Source: Ruania alba
Lineage (GTDB): Bacteria > Actinomycetota > Actinomycetes > Actinomycetales > Beutenbergiaceae
Assembly (NCBI RefSeq): GCF_900105765.1
Contig: NZ_FNTX01000001.1
Location: 1,086,387-1,150,386, forward strand
Direction: 5' to 3'
Length of the DNA stretch: 64,000 nt
Under the pieces are notes generated by a model, which made no database searches, had not been told where the DNA came from, and saw only the letters and a list, made by a program, of their open reading frames with translations. A program made the translations under genes and the position numbers. Below are positions 1 to 13,350 of the stretch, in pieces; the stretch's first letter is position 1; every line of letters starts with the position of its first letter.

Positions 1-265
1 ACCCGACCAGCAGCGCCAGGACCAGCGCCACCAGCACGACGACCGCACCGAATACCCGGTTGCCGAACTCCACGTACGGGTGAATCGAGGTGGCCTCGTG
101 GAACGCCGGACTGAACTCGCCCGGTTCGCAGTTCGGCCACGACGAGCAGCCCAGCCCGGACCCGGTCAGGCGCACCGCACCGCCGGTGACGATGATCGCG
201 ATCTGGGTGATCAGGTTCGCCACCACGACGATGCCGATGAGGCGACTCAGGGTCTGCGGGCGCAC
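1..265 (-). CDS. ctaA: heme A synthase (CtaA/COX15 family), N-terminal part only; gene continues past window start
   Basis: Reverse-strand translation from GTG at 263-265 reads VRPQTLSRLIGIVVVANLITQIAIIVTGGAVRLTGSGLGCSSWPNCEPGEF..., the TM1 and Cys-pair loop signature of CtaA. Absent from the ORF track because it is open at the window edge. Conserved synteny with ABC-2 and suf genes as in mycobacteria. Confidence 0.6.
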   Translation of the reverse strand, partial: MRPQTLSRLIGIVVVANLITQIAIIVTGGAVRLTGSGLGCSSWPNCEPGEFSPAFHEATSIHPYVEFGNRVFGAVVVLVALVLALLVG

Positions 266-326
266 TCTCTTACGGTATCGGCGCCGCGCAGGCACCGGCG
301 CCGCTGGGACCGGAGCACAGGTGTGA

Positions 327-1097
327 TCAGTGCCACCGGAACCAGCGCGCGGTCGCAGCGGCGAACACCACAGTCCAGCCGGCCAGCACCGCCAGGGACA
401 CCCACGTGGTGGCGGTGATCGCGCCTGTGAGCGAGGACCGGAACGCCTCACCGAGCGCACCGGAGGGCAGGTACCGGGTGAAGCCGGTGGCCGGCAGCAG
501 CACACCGCCACCGACCACCAGCAGCAGCCAGAGCAGGTTCGCTCCGGCGAGAACGGCCTCGGCCCGCAGCGTCCCCGCGAGCAGCAGCGCTAGGGAGGTG
601 AAGCAGGCCGTGCCGAGCAGCACGGCCAGCAGAGCGGGTCCGACGCCCGCCAGAACTGGTTGCCAGCCCAGGACGAATGCGAGCGACCCGAGCACCGCCA
701 CCTGGACGACCTCCATGGCGAGCACCCCGACCACCTTCCCCCCGAGCAGGCCGGTGCGGCCCAGGGGAGTGGTGGCGAGCAGTCGCAGCGCGCCCGCGCG
801 CCGGTCGAAGCCGGTGGAGATCGCCTGCGAGGTAAAGGCCGTCGACATCACCGCCAGCGCCAGTACGCCCGGAGCGGCCACGTCGACCGGGGCCAGCCCG
901 CCGGCGTCCAGGCGGATGAGCGTGGTGCGCGCCAGTACCACCAGCACCAGCGCCGGCAGGATCAGGGTGAGCAGCAGCTGCTCGCCGTTGCGGAGCAGGT
1001 TGCGGAGTTCAAAGCCGGCGTGGGAGAGCACCCGGGTGACCCATGGACTGGCGCCGGCATGTGGGCGGGGGCGGGCCGCCGTCGGGCTGGTGCTCAT
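327..1097 (-). CDS. ABC-2 type transporter permease
   Basis: ORF 327..1466 has about 123 N-terminal codons of Arg/Pro-rich read-through. The real start MSTSPTAARP... is ATG at 1095-1097, overlapping the stop of the upstream ATPase (ATGA). Multi-TM hydrophobic body. Confidence 0.8.
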   Translation of the reverse strand: MSTSPTAARPRPHAGASPWVTRVLSHAGFELRNLLRNGEQLLLTLILPALVLVVLARTTLIRLDAGGLAPVDVAAPGVLALAVMSTAFTSQAISTGFDRRAGALRLLATTPLGRTGLLGGKVVGVLAMEVVQVAVLGSLAFVLGWQPVLAGVGPALLAVLLGTACFTSLALLLAGTLRAEAVLAGANLLWLLLVVGGGVLLPATGFTRYLPSGALGEAFRSSLTGAITATTWVSLAVLAGWTVVFAAATARWFRWH

Positions 1098-1981
1098 CGC
1101 AGGCTCCGTCCGGTCAGCTCCAGGAACACGTCTTCGAGGGTGCGTGCGCCGACGGCGGACGGCCCGGTAGGGCTGTTCTGGTGCAGGTGGAGGCCGTGCC
1201 GGGTGGCGAGGTCCTCGACGTCGGCCCTCGCCTCCGGTGTGATCGTCCCGGTGAGGTGGATGGCGCCCGGGGCGGGGGTGCGGCTGTCCGGTGCCGTGTT
1301 CTTGGATGCGCTGCGTCGCGTCAGCTCGGGCACGCTGCCCTCGGCCAGGACCCGACCGTGGTCGATGATGACGACCCGGTCGGCCAGCTGGGCGGCCTCG
1401 TCCATCAAGTGGGTGCTCAGCACCACACTCACGCCGTCGGCACGCAGGCCCCGGACCAGGTCCCACACTGCCAGGCGTGCCTGCGGGTCCAGGCCGGCGC
1501 TCGGCTCGTCGAGGAACACCAGCTCGGGACGGCCCACCAGCGCGATCGCCAGGGCGAGACGCTGGCGTTGCCCACCGGAGAGACGACGAACGGAGGTGCG
1601 CGCGAACGGTGCGAGACCGAGCGCCTCGACGAGCTCATCGACGTCCCGTGGCTGGTCGTACAACCGGGCCACGTGGTGCAACAGCTCGACGGCGCGAGAC
1701 ATCACCGGGAGCCCGCCGTCCTGAACCATCACGCCGACTCTGGGCCGCAGCGCACCGGCGTCGGAGCGGGGATCGCGGCCGAGCACGCGCACCGTCCCGG
1801 CGTCCGGGCGCTGCAACCCTTCGCAGATCTCCATCGCGGTCGTCTTGCCGGCACCGTTGGGGCCGAGGACGGCCGTGATGGACCCTGCCGCGGCACGTAG
1901 CGAGAGTCCGGCGAGGGCACGGGTGGTGCCGAAGGACTTCTGGACGTCCGTCAGCTCGACACAGCAGGTCACGGCGGTCAA
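1094..1981 (-). CDS. ABC transporter ATP-binding protein (ABC-2 partner)
   Basis: Walker A GPNGAGKTT, signature LSGGQRQRLALA, Walker B VFLDEPSAGLD. Confidence 0.9.
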   Translation of the reverse strand: MTAVTCCVELTDVQKSFGTTRALAGLSLRAAAGSITAVLGPNGAGKTTAMEICEGLQRPDAGTVRVLGRDPRSDAGALRPRVGVMVQDGGLPVMSRAVELLHHVARLYDQPRDVDELVEALGLAPFARTSVRRLSGGQRQRLALAIALVGRPELVFLDEPSAGLDPQARLAVWDLVRGLRADGVSVVLSTHLMDEAAQLADRVVIIDHGRVLAEGSVPELTRRSASKNTAPDSRTPAPGAIHLTGTITPEARADVEDLATRHGLHLHQNSPTGPSAVGARTLEDVFLELTGRSLR

Positions 1982-2061
1982 GCGTACGCGCTGACGGCGA
2001 TGCGACGACCACCGTGGCCTACCTCACTAAGGCTCGCCTTGCTTGCGGTAGGTCATTTGAG

Positions 2062-2075
2062 CAACGAGAATGTTC
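2062..2075. promoter_or_regulatory. CAAC-N6-GTTC motif in AT-rich sufR promoter (SufR-box-like)
   Basis: Seen directly, 55-70 bp upstream of the sufR start. Resembles the CAAC-N6-GTTG SufR operator described in other phyla. Confidence 0.25.
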
Positions 2076-2129
2076 ACTAAATCAGATGTTGCGGGAACCC
2101 CCGCACGAGTCGAGCGGAGGTGAGCACCT

Positions 2130-2823
2130 GTGGACCACATGGAAGACAGTGAAGCCACCACGCGCGACCGGGTGCGTGACCTGATCATCGAGTTCGGGCC
2201 CATCACGGCGGCCGACATGGCCGACCGGTTGGACCTGACCTCGGCGGCCGTGCGTCGTCACCTGGCGCAGCTCGAGCGTGCCGGTCAGATCACCGTGCGG
2301 GAGGACACCACCTCCACCCCGCGCGGCCGAGGACGCCCGGCCAAGCGTTACATCGCCACACCGGCAGCACACCCGCAGGCGGGTGAGGCCTATGCCAGGC
2401 TCGCGGTGCTGGCGCTGCAGCAGCTCGGCGCGGAGGTCGGCCCGAGGCCGTGGAGGAGTTCGCGCGGTTGCGCGCCGACGAGCTCGTCCAGCGGTACCGG
2501 TCACTCGTCGACGCCGCCGGCCCCGACGTGCACGACCGCACCGAGGCGCTCGCGGAAGTGCTCAGCGAGGACGGGTACGCGGCCACCTCGCGCCCGATCG
2601 GCGCGACGGACACGATCGCCGTCCAGCTCTGCCAAGGGCACTGCCCGGTGCAGCAGATTGCCGCCCAGTTCCCGCAGCTGTGCGAAGCCGAGACCCAGGC
2701 GTTCTCCGACCTGCTCGGAGTGCACGTCCAACGACTGGCCACCCTTGCCGGTGGCGAGCACGTCTGTACCACCCACATCCCCGTGACGATCCCGACTCGC
2801 GCCGAAGGAATGAGAGTGCGCCC

Positions 2824-2827
<4 letters not shown>
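2130..2827 (+). CDS. sufR: SufR, ArsR-type Fe-S-cluster transcriptional repressor; apparent -1 frameshift at C-run 2441-2443 (pseudogene only if the indel is real)
   Basis: N-terminal winged-HTH frame runs 2130..~2440. C-terminal frame (ORF 2450..2827) carries the SufR Cys ligand motifs QLCQGHCPV...QLCEAE...HVCTTH. Restoring one C in the CCC run at 2441-2443 gives a continuous ...[15 protein letters not shown]... Stop overlaps the sufB ATG. Confidence 0.75.
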
Positions 2828-4274
<1,447 letters not shown>

Positions 4275-4275
<1 letters not shown>

Positions 4276-5549
4276 TGTCGACCACCACCACCGATCAGGG
4301 TCTGACGACCGACCACACCCGGGCGACCGCGGACGAGGCGCACAGCCACGGCACCGCGCCGCAAGGTTCACGCGCCGACCGGGCGACGTCTTTCGCACTC
4401 GCCGACTTCGACGTCCCGAACGGGCGTGAGGAGGAGTGGCGCTTCTCCCCGATGAACCGGCTGCAGACGCTCACCTCCGGTGTGCTCACCGGAGCGGGCC
4501 CGACCGTTGAGGTCGAGGCCGACGCCGGCGTGCGTGTGGAGCACGTGGACCGCAGCGACGAGCGACTCGGCAAAGCCGGCGCCCCCGGTGACCGGATCGC
4601 CGCGGTGGCCTGGGAGTCCTTCGCCGAAGGGCTGCTGGTGACCGTGCCCGCCGAGCACGTCGCCTCCGCCGAGACCATGATCACCGTGCGCGGGACGGAC
4701 AGCGCTCCGGCCGCCCAGCACATCACGATCGTCGCCGAGCACCACAGCGAGGCCGTGGTCGTGCTGGACCACCGTGGCCTCGCCGAGCTTGCCCAGACGG
4801 TGGAGGTGCACGTCCATGACGGCGCCTCGCTGCGGGTGGTCTCGGTGCAGGACTGGGATGCCGGTACCGTGCATGCCTCCACCCACCGCGCCCGCATCGG
4901 CCGGGACGCCACGCTCAAGCACGTGGTGGTCACCCTCGGTGGCGACGTCGTCCGGCTCGCCCCGGAGGCGGCATTCACCGCCACCGGCGGAGACGTGGAG
5001 ATGAACGGTCTCTACTTCGCCGACGCCGGTCAGCACCAGGAGCACCGCCTGTTCGTCGACCACGCGGTGCCGCAGTGCACCTCGCGAGTGACGTACAAGG
5101 GCGCGCTCCAGGGCGACGATGCGCACGCGGTGTGGATCGGGGACGTGCTGATCCGCAAGGAGGCCGAAGGGACTGACACCTACGAGCTGAACCGGAACCT
5201 GGTGCTCACCGACGGTGCGCGTGCCGACTCGGTGCCGAACCTGGAGATCGAGACCGGCGAGATCGAGGGAGCCGGGCACGCCTCGGCGACCGGCCGGTTC
5301 GACGACGAGCAGCTCTTCTACCTGCGCTCCCGCGGGATCCCCGAGGCTGCGGCCCGGCGCCTGGTGGTGCGTGGCTTCTTCGCCGAGATGATCACCAAGA
5401 TCGGCGTACCCGCCGTCGAGGAGCGGCTGCTGGCCTCGATCGACGCCGAGCTGGACGCCGTCATGGGCGAGCTCACCGGGGATGACCAGGTCGAGCAGAC
5501 CGTCAACGAGGTCATCGCAACCGGCGAGCAGGTTCAGGAGGACCGATGA
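4275..5549 (+). CDS. sufD: Fe-S cluster assembly protein SufD
   Basis: SufBD family paralogue, TGATG overlap with sufB. Confidence 0.9.
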
Positions 5550-5902
5550 CGGCGCAGCTCGTCGCCGCCCGGGAAGACCTGGAGCCGGGTGAGGCGATGC
5601 GGCTCGAGCTCGACGCCGCCGACGGCTCGCTCGTCGAGGTGGCGCTCGCTCGGGCCGAGGACGGCACCTACTACGCACTCGCGGACGTCTGTTCGCACGG
5701 GCAGGTCTCCCTCTCCGAGGGGGAGGTGGAGGGTGACACGCTCGAGTGCTGGTTGCACGGGTCCACCTTCGACATGAAGACCGGTCGCCCCTTGTCCCTT
5801 CCGGCCACCCGGCCGGTCCCTGCCTATCCGGTGAGCTATGACGGCGACAACGTCTTCGTGGACGTCGATGCACCGCTCACCGTCACTGCCGATCAGAACT
5901 GA
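5546..5902 (+). CDS. Rieske [2Fe-2S] ferredoxin (non-heme iron oxygenase ferredoxin-like) embedded in suf operon
   Basis: CSHGQVSLSEG...LECWLHGSTFD Rieske CxH...CxxH boxes. ATGA overlap with sufD. Confidence 0.85.
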   Translation: MTAQLVAAREDLEPGEAMRLELDAADGSLVEVALARAEDGTYYALADVCSHGQVSLSEGEVEGDTLECWLHGSTFDMKTGRPLSLPATRPVPAYPVSYDGDNVFVDVDAPLTVTADQN

Positions 5903-5916
5903 GAGAGAAGAAACGA

Positions 5917-8479
<2,563 letters not shown>

Positions 8480-8493
8480 AGGCGAGGAAGACT

Positions 8494-8889
8494 ATGACTG
8501 AGACGAGTAACGCCCCCGACACCGAGGCACCGGAGCAGGCTGCACCGGCTAGCGAGCCTGCTGCGCCGGCCAGCGACGCGGTGCCCACCGCGGCCGACGT
8601 CGAGGAAGCGCTCCGTGACGTGATCGACCCCGAGCTCGGGATCAACGTGGTGGATCTGGGCCTGATCTATGGGGTTACCCTGGACCAGAACAACCACGCG
8701 GTGATCGACATGACGCTCACGTCCGCTGCGTGCCCGCTCACTGACGTGATCGAGGACCAGGCCGCGCAGGCGCTCGAAGGGCTCGTGGCCGGGCAGCGGA
8801 TCAACTGGGTCTGGATGCCGCCGTGGGGCCCGGAGAAGATCACCGATGACGGTCGCGAGCAGTTGAGGGCGCTCGGCTTCAACGTGTGA
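8494..8889 (+). CDS. sufT: SufT / DUF59 Fe-S assembly protein
   Basis: DUF59 core ...VIDPELGINVVDLGLIY...TLTSAACPL... Confidence 0.85.
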   Translation: MTETSNAPDTEAPEQAAPASEPAAPASDAVPTAADVEEALRDVIDPELGINVVDLGLIYGVTLDQNNHAVIDMTLTSAACPLTDVIEDQAAQALEGLVAGQRINWVWMPPWGPEKITDDGREQLRALGFNV

Positions 8890-9221
8890 CCTCCATGACT
8901 GATCGCGCCGGTGACGATCCAGTGCCTTCCGATGGATCCACCAAGCGCGCTCGTGACCTGGTGTGGCCGCTTGCGGTGCTGCTGTTCGTGACGCTCGGGC
9001 TCGGTCTTGTCATGGGCCACGGTCTGGGTTCCGGTCTCTGGCAGGAACAGCCGACGTTCGTGGGTGTCCTTCCGTTCCTGGTGGCTGGTTGGCTGGAGAG
9101 CCTGCGCCGGCTTGTCGCGAGGACGTCCGGTCGGGATGTACCGGGGTTGCGGATCGCCGGTTCCGCGCTGCTGGGCATTGGAGTGCTCGGTGCCCTGATC
9201 CTCCTTGTCGTTCAGCTCTGA
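8886..9221 (+). CDS. small hydrophobic membrane protein (2-3 TM), function unknown
   Basis: GTG 8886 overlaps the sufT stop (GTGA). Two long hydrophobic stretches. Alternative ATG at 8895. Confidence 0.5.
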   Translation: MTSMTDRAGDDPVPSDGSTKRARDLVWPLAVLLFVTLGLGLVMGHGLGSGLWQEQPTFVGVLPFLVAGWLESLRRLVARTSGRDVPGLRIAGSALLGIGVLGALILLVVQL

Positions 9222-9297
9222 TCGAACCTCTGGGTCGCCTCGGACATGCCGAGGTCCCCGTCGACGGGTGGTGTCGGCGGGGTTCGGGGCGGGGTGG

Positions 9298-10914
9298 TCA
9301 GACTGGTGGTGGGTCGGTGTGGCCAGGCAGGTCCGGGTGCGGCGGGTCCGTGACCGTTTCGCTGCGTGGATAGACGAGTCCGCTCTCGGGCGGACTGCTG
9401 CCACGGGGGCTGCCCCGTCCGTTTCGTGCCCCCACGCTGGTGCCGGCGGTGGGGATGGGGTAGGTGCCGGAAGGCGTCACCAGATAATGGACACCATCGG
9501 GTGCGGCCCAGTAATAGACCCCGGGTGTGATCATGGAATATGACCATCCGGCATGGGTTTTCGCTCGGTGGTGCCGGCGGCACAGGATCGCGATATTGGT
9601 TGAGCTAGTGGGGCCACCCTGGTCGTAGGGGATAATGTGGTCCTGGTCCCCGGAACGAGCGCTGCGGTTGCAATACGGAAACCGGCACCGACCATCGCGC
9701 TGAATGATCTGTTCGCGCAGGTTCGGGCTGGCCTCATAGGTACTCGCATCGATGTGACCGGCCAGGTCGATCACCGGGCGGACGAGTATTCGGCCGGCGG
9801 TGGCGCACCAGTGGCGAATCTGCTCTTTCGAGACCGGTGATTTGGTGTTTTCGCACCGGCCCACGATCCCGGAACCGAACACGCTCCCGACGTCGTCCGC
9901 CCCTGGGCCGTTGTGGTCGTTGAGGGCGTCGGCGGGCAGGTGGAGGTAGAGCATCACAGTGCGCCTCATCCCGCCCGCTTCGCCGGGTGCCCCTGTCGGA
10001 ACGGTGGCGCCAGTGGTCGCGTCGGGGATGGGGAGTGTGGTGTGTCCGCGGGCGAGGTCACCGATGGCGATGGAACGACGCACATCCTCACTCGTGCCGG
10101 GCAGGAACCCTGCCAACGTGCGGGCCTGGTCGGACACCGCAGCCTCAAGATCCAACGCGTCAGCAAGGTCGAGGCCGCCCTCGACCCGCACCACCGACCC
10201 CACACCCACCCCCAGTCCCGGTCCTGGTGCCGCGGTGGTGCCTGCCTCATCGAGACGGATGTCGAAGTGGCGCCCCTCCAACGCTGCTTCCTCATCCTTG
10301 GCGGCTTGGTCGGGATCAAACGTGGCCATCGCGGCACTCACGGTGCGTTCGATCTGCGCGGTCGTGCAGGACCCGATCGTCCACGCCACCTGGGCGTCCA
10401 CCCAGGCCGCCCCCGCGAACGGGAGGCGTTTCGTCATCCGGGTCACTGCCCGTGCCCGGTGGATGCTGACCTGCCCGGCTCGCACCCGTTCCCAGAGTTG
10501 GGGGAGCCGGTAGGCCAGTTCCACGATGGCGCCCACATATCCCAGTGCGGCGTCGTTGGACTGTCCCAGTGCGGTCGCCAGGCGGGTGAACTCCAGATCG
10601 GACACGAACGGGGCACCATCCCCGGCCAGACGCATCGGCTGCTCCGTCCCCGGCAATCCTGCACGCTCACCCGGCAGACCGGCATGCTCGTCCGGGTCTG
10701 GGAGGCCGGGGTGCTCGTCCGGGTCGAACACCGGCCCACCCCTCAAGGTGCCCAGGGTGGCCGGGTCGATCGCCCGCTCACCCACCCACTCCACCACCAG
10801 CTCAGCACGCTCGACATCAACAGCCCGAGCCGTGGTGACGTTCTCCCGCAGGGCAGCCAGCACTGCCTTCCCAGCCGGAGCCGAGAATGCCGTACCAGTG
10901 GCTGTCGATGTCAT
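9298..10914 (-). CDS. DUF222 domain HNH endonuclease (REP13E12-type)
   Basis: C-terminal HNH: CRFPYCNRSARSGDQDHIIPYDQGGPTSSTNIAILCRRHHRAKTH. Long Ala-rich DUF222 N-terminus. Confidence 0.85.
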   Translation of the reverse strand: MTSTATGTAFSAPAGKAVLAALRENVTTARAVDVERAELVVEWVGERAIDPATLGTLRGGPVFDPDEHPGLPDPDEHAGLPGERAGLPGTEQPMRLAGDGAPFVSDLEFTRLATALGQSNDAALGYVGAIVELAYRLPQLWERVRAGQVSIHRARAVTRMTKRLPFAGAAWVDAQVAWTIGSCTTAQIERTVSAAMATFDPDQAAKDEEAALEGRHFDIRLDEAGTTAAPGPGLGVGVGSVVRVEGGLDLADALDLEAAVSDQARTLAGFLPGTSEDVRRSIAIGDLARGHTTLPIPDATTGATVPTGAPGEAGGMRRTVMLYLHLPADALNDHNGPGADDVGSVFGSGIVGRCENTKSPVSKEQIRHWCATAGRILVRPVIDLAGHIDASTYEASPNLREQIIQRDGRCRFPYCNRSARSGDQDHIIPYDQGGPTSSTNIAILCRRHHRAKTHAGWSYSMITPGVYYWAAPDGVHYLVTPSGTYPIPTAGTSVGARNGRGSPRGSSPPESGLVYPRSETVTDPPHPDLPGHTDPPPV

Positions 10915-11125
10915 GCCTTGATTCTCCCAGAGAGCACTGACATTGGCCCTGCCGGAGTCGCGGCTTGTGGAAAAGTCTCTGCGGTGCCCAGTCCGCTGTC
11001 GGTGGACGAGAGAAAGGCACCGGGAAGATCCAGAATGGTGGCGGTGTGACGTGAAACAAGCGGCATCGCCGGATGCACCTGCCGAATATCACCCCGCACA
11101 GCAACCACCCGCATCTCGGCTAGTG

Positions 11126-11220
11126 CCGAGAATGCGATACCAGGGGATATCGAGGTCATACCGAAATTCTTCCAGGCACCACTGACATTGCGCGTGACGG
11201 AGTCAGGCTGGTGGAAGAAG
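11126..11220 (-). repeat. degenerate duplicate of the promoter/5' end of the DUF222-HNH gene (copy B; copy A = 10881..10975); includes ATG 11159 and about 11 homologous codons (ORF 10911..11159)
   Basis: About 75 % DNA identity over 95 bp, including the shared motifs ccgagaatgc, cactgacattg and tggtggaa. The fragment ORF starts MTSISPGIAFSA versus MTSTATGTAFSA of the intact gene. Confidence 0.6.
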
Positions 11221-11246
11221 TGCGCCGATCGGAACCGCTGTTGGCC

Positions 11247-12212
11247 TCACCCGGTGGCGACGATCCGGGTCTCGGTGACCAACTCTGCTGACCCGACCGC
11301 CAGCAGGTCGTCCACGACTGTACTCAGTGGCGTCATCGCGTCATCCACCTCCAGCTGCACCGGGTACCGAGCAGCCACCATGGCGAGCAGCTGACGCACC
11401 GCCGCACGTGTCTTGGCCTCGTTCGCCTCCGGCGGGTACCCGAGGAGCACCTCGGTGGGCCGGTCCGGATCTGGCTCCGCGGGTGCGGCGTTGGGGTCGG
11501 GTGCGGCGTCGGGGTCGTCAGGGTCGAGCACCGGCGGGTCGTAGGCGATCGCGAAGGCGAGGAGTGTTCCACCGGCGTCCTTCGGCCGGTCCCGGAGCAC
11601 GATCGCACTCCTGGCCCCGGTCGACGGGGCCAATAGCAGGTCCTGCGCGCGCCCGAGCGTCATCTCGGAACGATCCCAGGGCGCGTGCGTGGCGTCGTAG
11701 AAGCCCATCACCGCCTTGGTGAGCTCCACCGAGCCGGTCGCCAGATCCTCCAGCGCTGGGCCGGTCGGACCGAACGTCGGCACGTCCAGAGCGCCCGGCC
11801 GCACCACGACTTGGCGCGAACGCTGGATCGGCGCCATGCCGAGCGACACCGCAAATCCAGCCGCATGCTCGGCGTCCGCCGTGAACCGTGCACGGAGCGC
11901 CTGTGTTCCGGACGGTGCCTGCTCGGTCCGGAGCCTGCGGACCAGCTCGGTGCCGATCCCACGCCGTCGATGGGAGTGGGCAACCTCCACGTAGACCCAC
12001 AGCCGGTCCGGGTGCAGGCGCGCGTCACTGACCGCGCCGGCCCCGACCACCTCACCGTCGCTCTCCGCCACCAGGCAACGGCGCCACGGATCTTCGGCGT
12101 CCAGACCGAGCAGGGGGCGGTCGAGCCCTGCCTCCGGCGTGTCGGGTGCACCGAACGATGCGGCAGCGGCGATCTCGTCGCCCTCGCGCCAGGGTCGGAA
12201 AGTGACGGTCAC
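11247..12212 (-). CDS. GNAT family N-acetyltransferase (two-domain)
   Basis: Acetyl-CoA binding motif RRRGIGTELVRRL, typical GNAT fold length. Confidence 0.7.
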   Translation of the reverse strand: MTVTFRPWREGDEIAAAASFGAPDTPEAGLDRPLLGLDAEDPWRRCLVAESDGEVVGAGAVSDARLHPDRLWVYVEVAHSHRRRGIGTELVRRLRTEQAPSGTQALRARFTADAEHAAGFAVSLGMAPIQRSRQVVVRPGALDVPTFGPTGPALEDLATGSVELTKAVMGFYDATHAPWDRSEMTLGRAQDLLLAPSTGARSAIVLRDRPKDAGGTLLAFAIAYDPPVLDPDDPDAAPDPNAAPAEPDPDRPTEVLLGYPPEANEAKTRAAVRQLLAMVAARYPVQLEVDDAMTPLSTVVDDLLAVGSAELVTETRIVATG

Positions 12213-12399
12213 GATGGCCTGCCTCCAGGGCGTGCTCGCGGACGGATGGCTGTGCCCAGGCTATCGCTCGGATCCGCCCGCGGGCTGACCTGCCGATCCA
12301 CCCACCGCCTGATGCGCCGCCCGGCACCCGTTTCTACGGTGGGCAGATGAGCGCTCTCACCCAGCACGTCACCATCACGCACGCGGTAGCCTCGCTCCG

Positions 12400-13350
12400 G
12401 TGACGTCCCAGACTCCGACGGCCCCGGCCCGCCCTCGCCCGTGGACCGCTGTACTGCACCTGCTGCGGGGATTCCTCATCGGTTCGGCCGAGCTTGTGCC
12501 CGGTGTCTCCGGTGGCACGGTCGCCCTCGTCACCGGCGTCTATGACCGCCTCATCGATGCGGCCGCACACGTGCTCGCCGCCGCTCGTCGGCTCCTGGCA
12601 GGCCCGGACCGCCGCAGCTTCACCACCGAGCTGCGGCGTACCGACTGGTGGCTCGTGGCGCCGGTGCTCCTCGGCATGGTGGCAGCGGTGCTCACCGCCG
12701 CCGGCGTGATGGAAGCGTTCGTGACCTCGCACCCCGAGCACGCCCGCGGCCTGTTCTTCGGTCTGGTGGCCGCCAGCATCGTCGTCCCGGTCCGGATGCT
12801 GCCGCCTGACGGGGTGCGCCGCGTGCGGGACACCCTTGTGGTGGTGCTGGCCGCAGTGGTCGCCTTCGTGCTCATCGGCTTCGCCGGTGGCCAGACGCAG
12901 TCGGACCCGCCGATGATCCTCGTGTTCTTCGCCGCAGCGATCGCCATCTGCGCCCTCGTGGTGCCCGGAGTCTCCGGCGCGTTCTTCCTGCTCGCGATCG
13001 GGCTGTACTCGACCACCCTGGGCGCCGTGCACGACCGTGACCTTGGCTACATCGCCGTCTTTGCTGCCGGGGCCGCCGTCGGCCTGGCGACCTTCGTGCA
13101 GGTGCTGCGCTGGCTGCTGCACTCGCGACGCAGACTCACGCTGCTGGCCATGATCGGCCTGATGATCGGATCCCTGCGGGCGCTGTGGCCCTGGCAGGCG
13201 GACGGGGGCGGCGACGAGTCCGGCGTCGGTCAGCTGATCGCCCCGCACGCCCCGATCGGCGGGCCGATCGTCCTCGCGGTGCTGGGGGCAGCCGTCGTCG
13301 GACTATTGATTATTCTCGAACTGCGACGGGCGGTACAGTCGGCCCAGTGA
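12400..13350 (+). CDS. DUF368 family membrane protein (PopT/UptA-like polyprenyl-phosphate transporter family)
   Basis: LVPGVSGGT...VVPGVSGAFFLL duplicated GVSRSG-type motifs, multi-TM. Confidence 0.8.
   Translation: MTSQTPTAPARPRPWTAVLHLLRGFLIGSAELVPGVSGGTVALVTGVYDRLIDAAAHVLAAARRLLAGPDRRSFTTELRRTDWWLVAPVLLGMVAAVLTAAGVMEAFVTSHPEHARGLFFGLVAASIVVPVRMLPPDGVRRVRDTLVVVLAAVVAFVLIGFAGGQTQSDPPMILVFFAAAIAICALVVPGVSGAFFLLAIGLYSTTLGAVHDRDLGYIAVFAAGAAVGLATFVQVLRWLLHSRRRLTLLAMIGLMIGSLRALWPWQADGGGDESGVGQLIAPHAPIGGPIVLAVLGAAVVGLLIILELRRAVQSAQ

Noticed and set aside
4368-5873. 501-aa minus-strand ORF opposite sufD/Rieske
   Set aside because: Arg/Pro-rich antisense read-through.
12334-13248. 304-aa minus-strand ORF opposite the DUF368 gene
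   Set aside because: His/Gly/Asp-rich low complexity. The plus-strand DUF368 protein has a clear motif signature.
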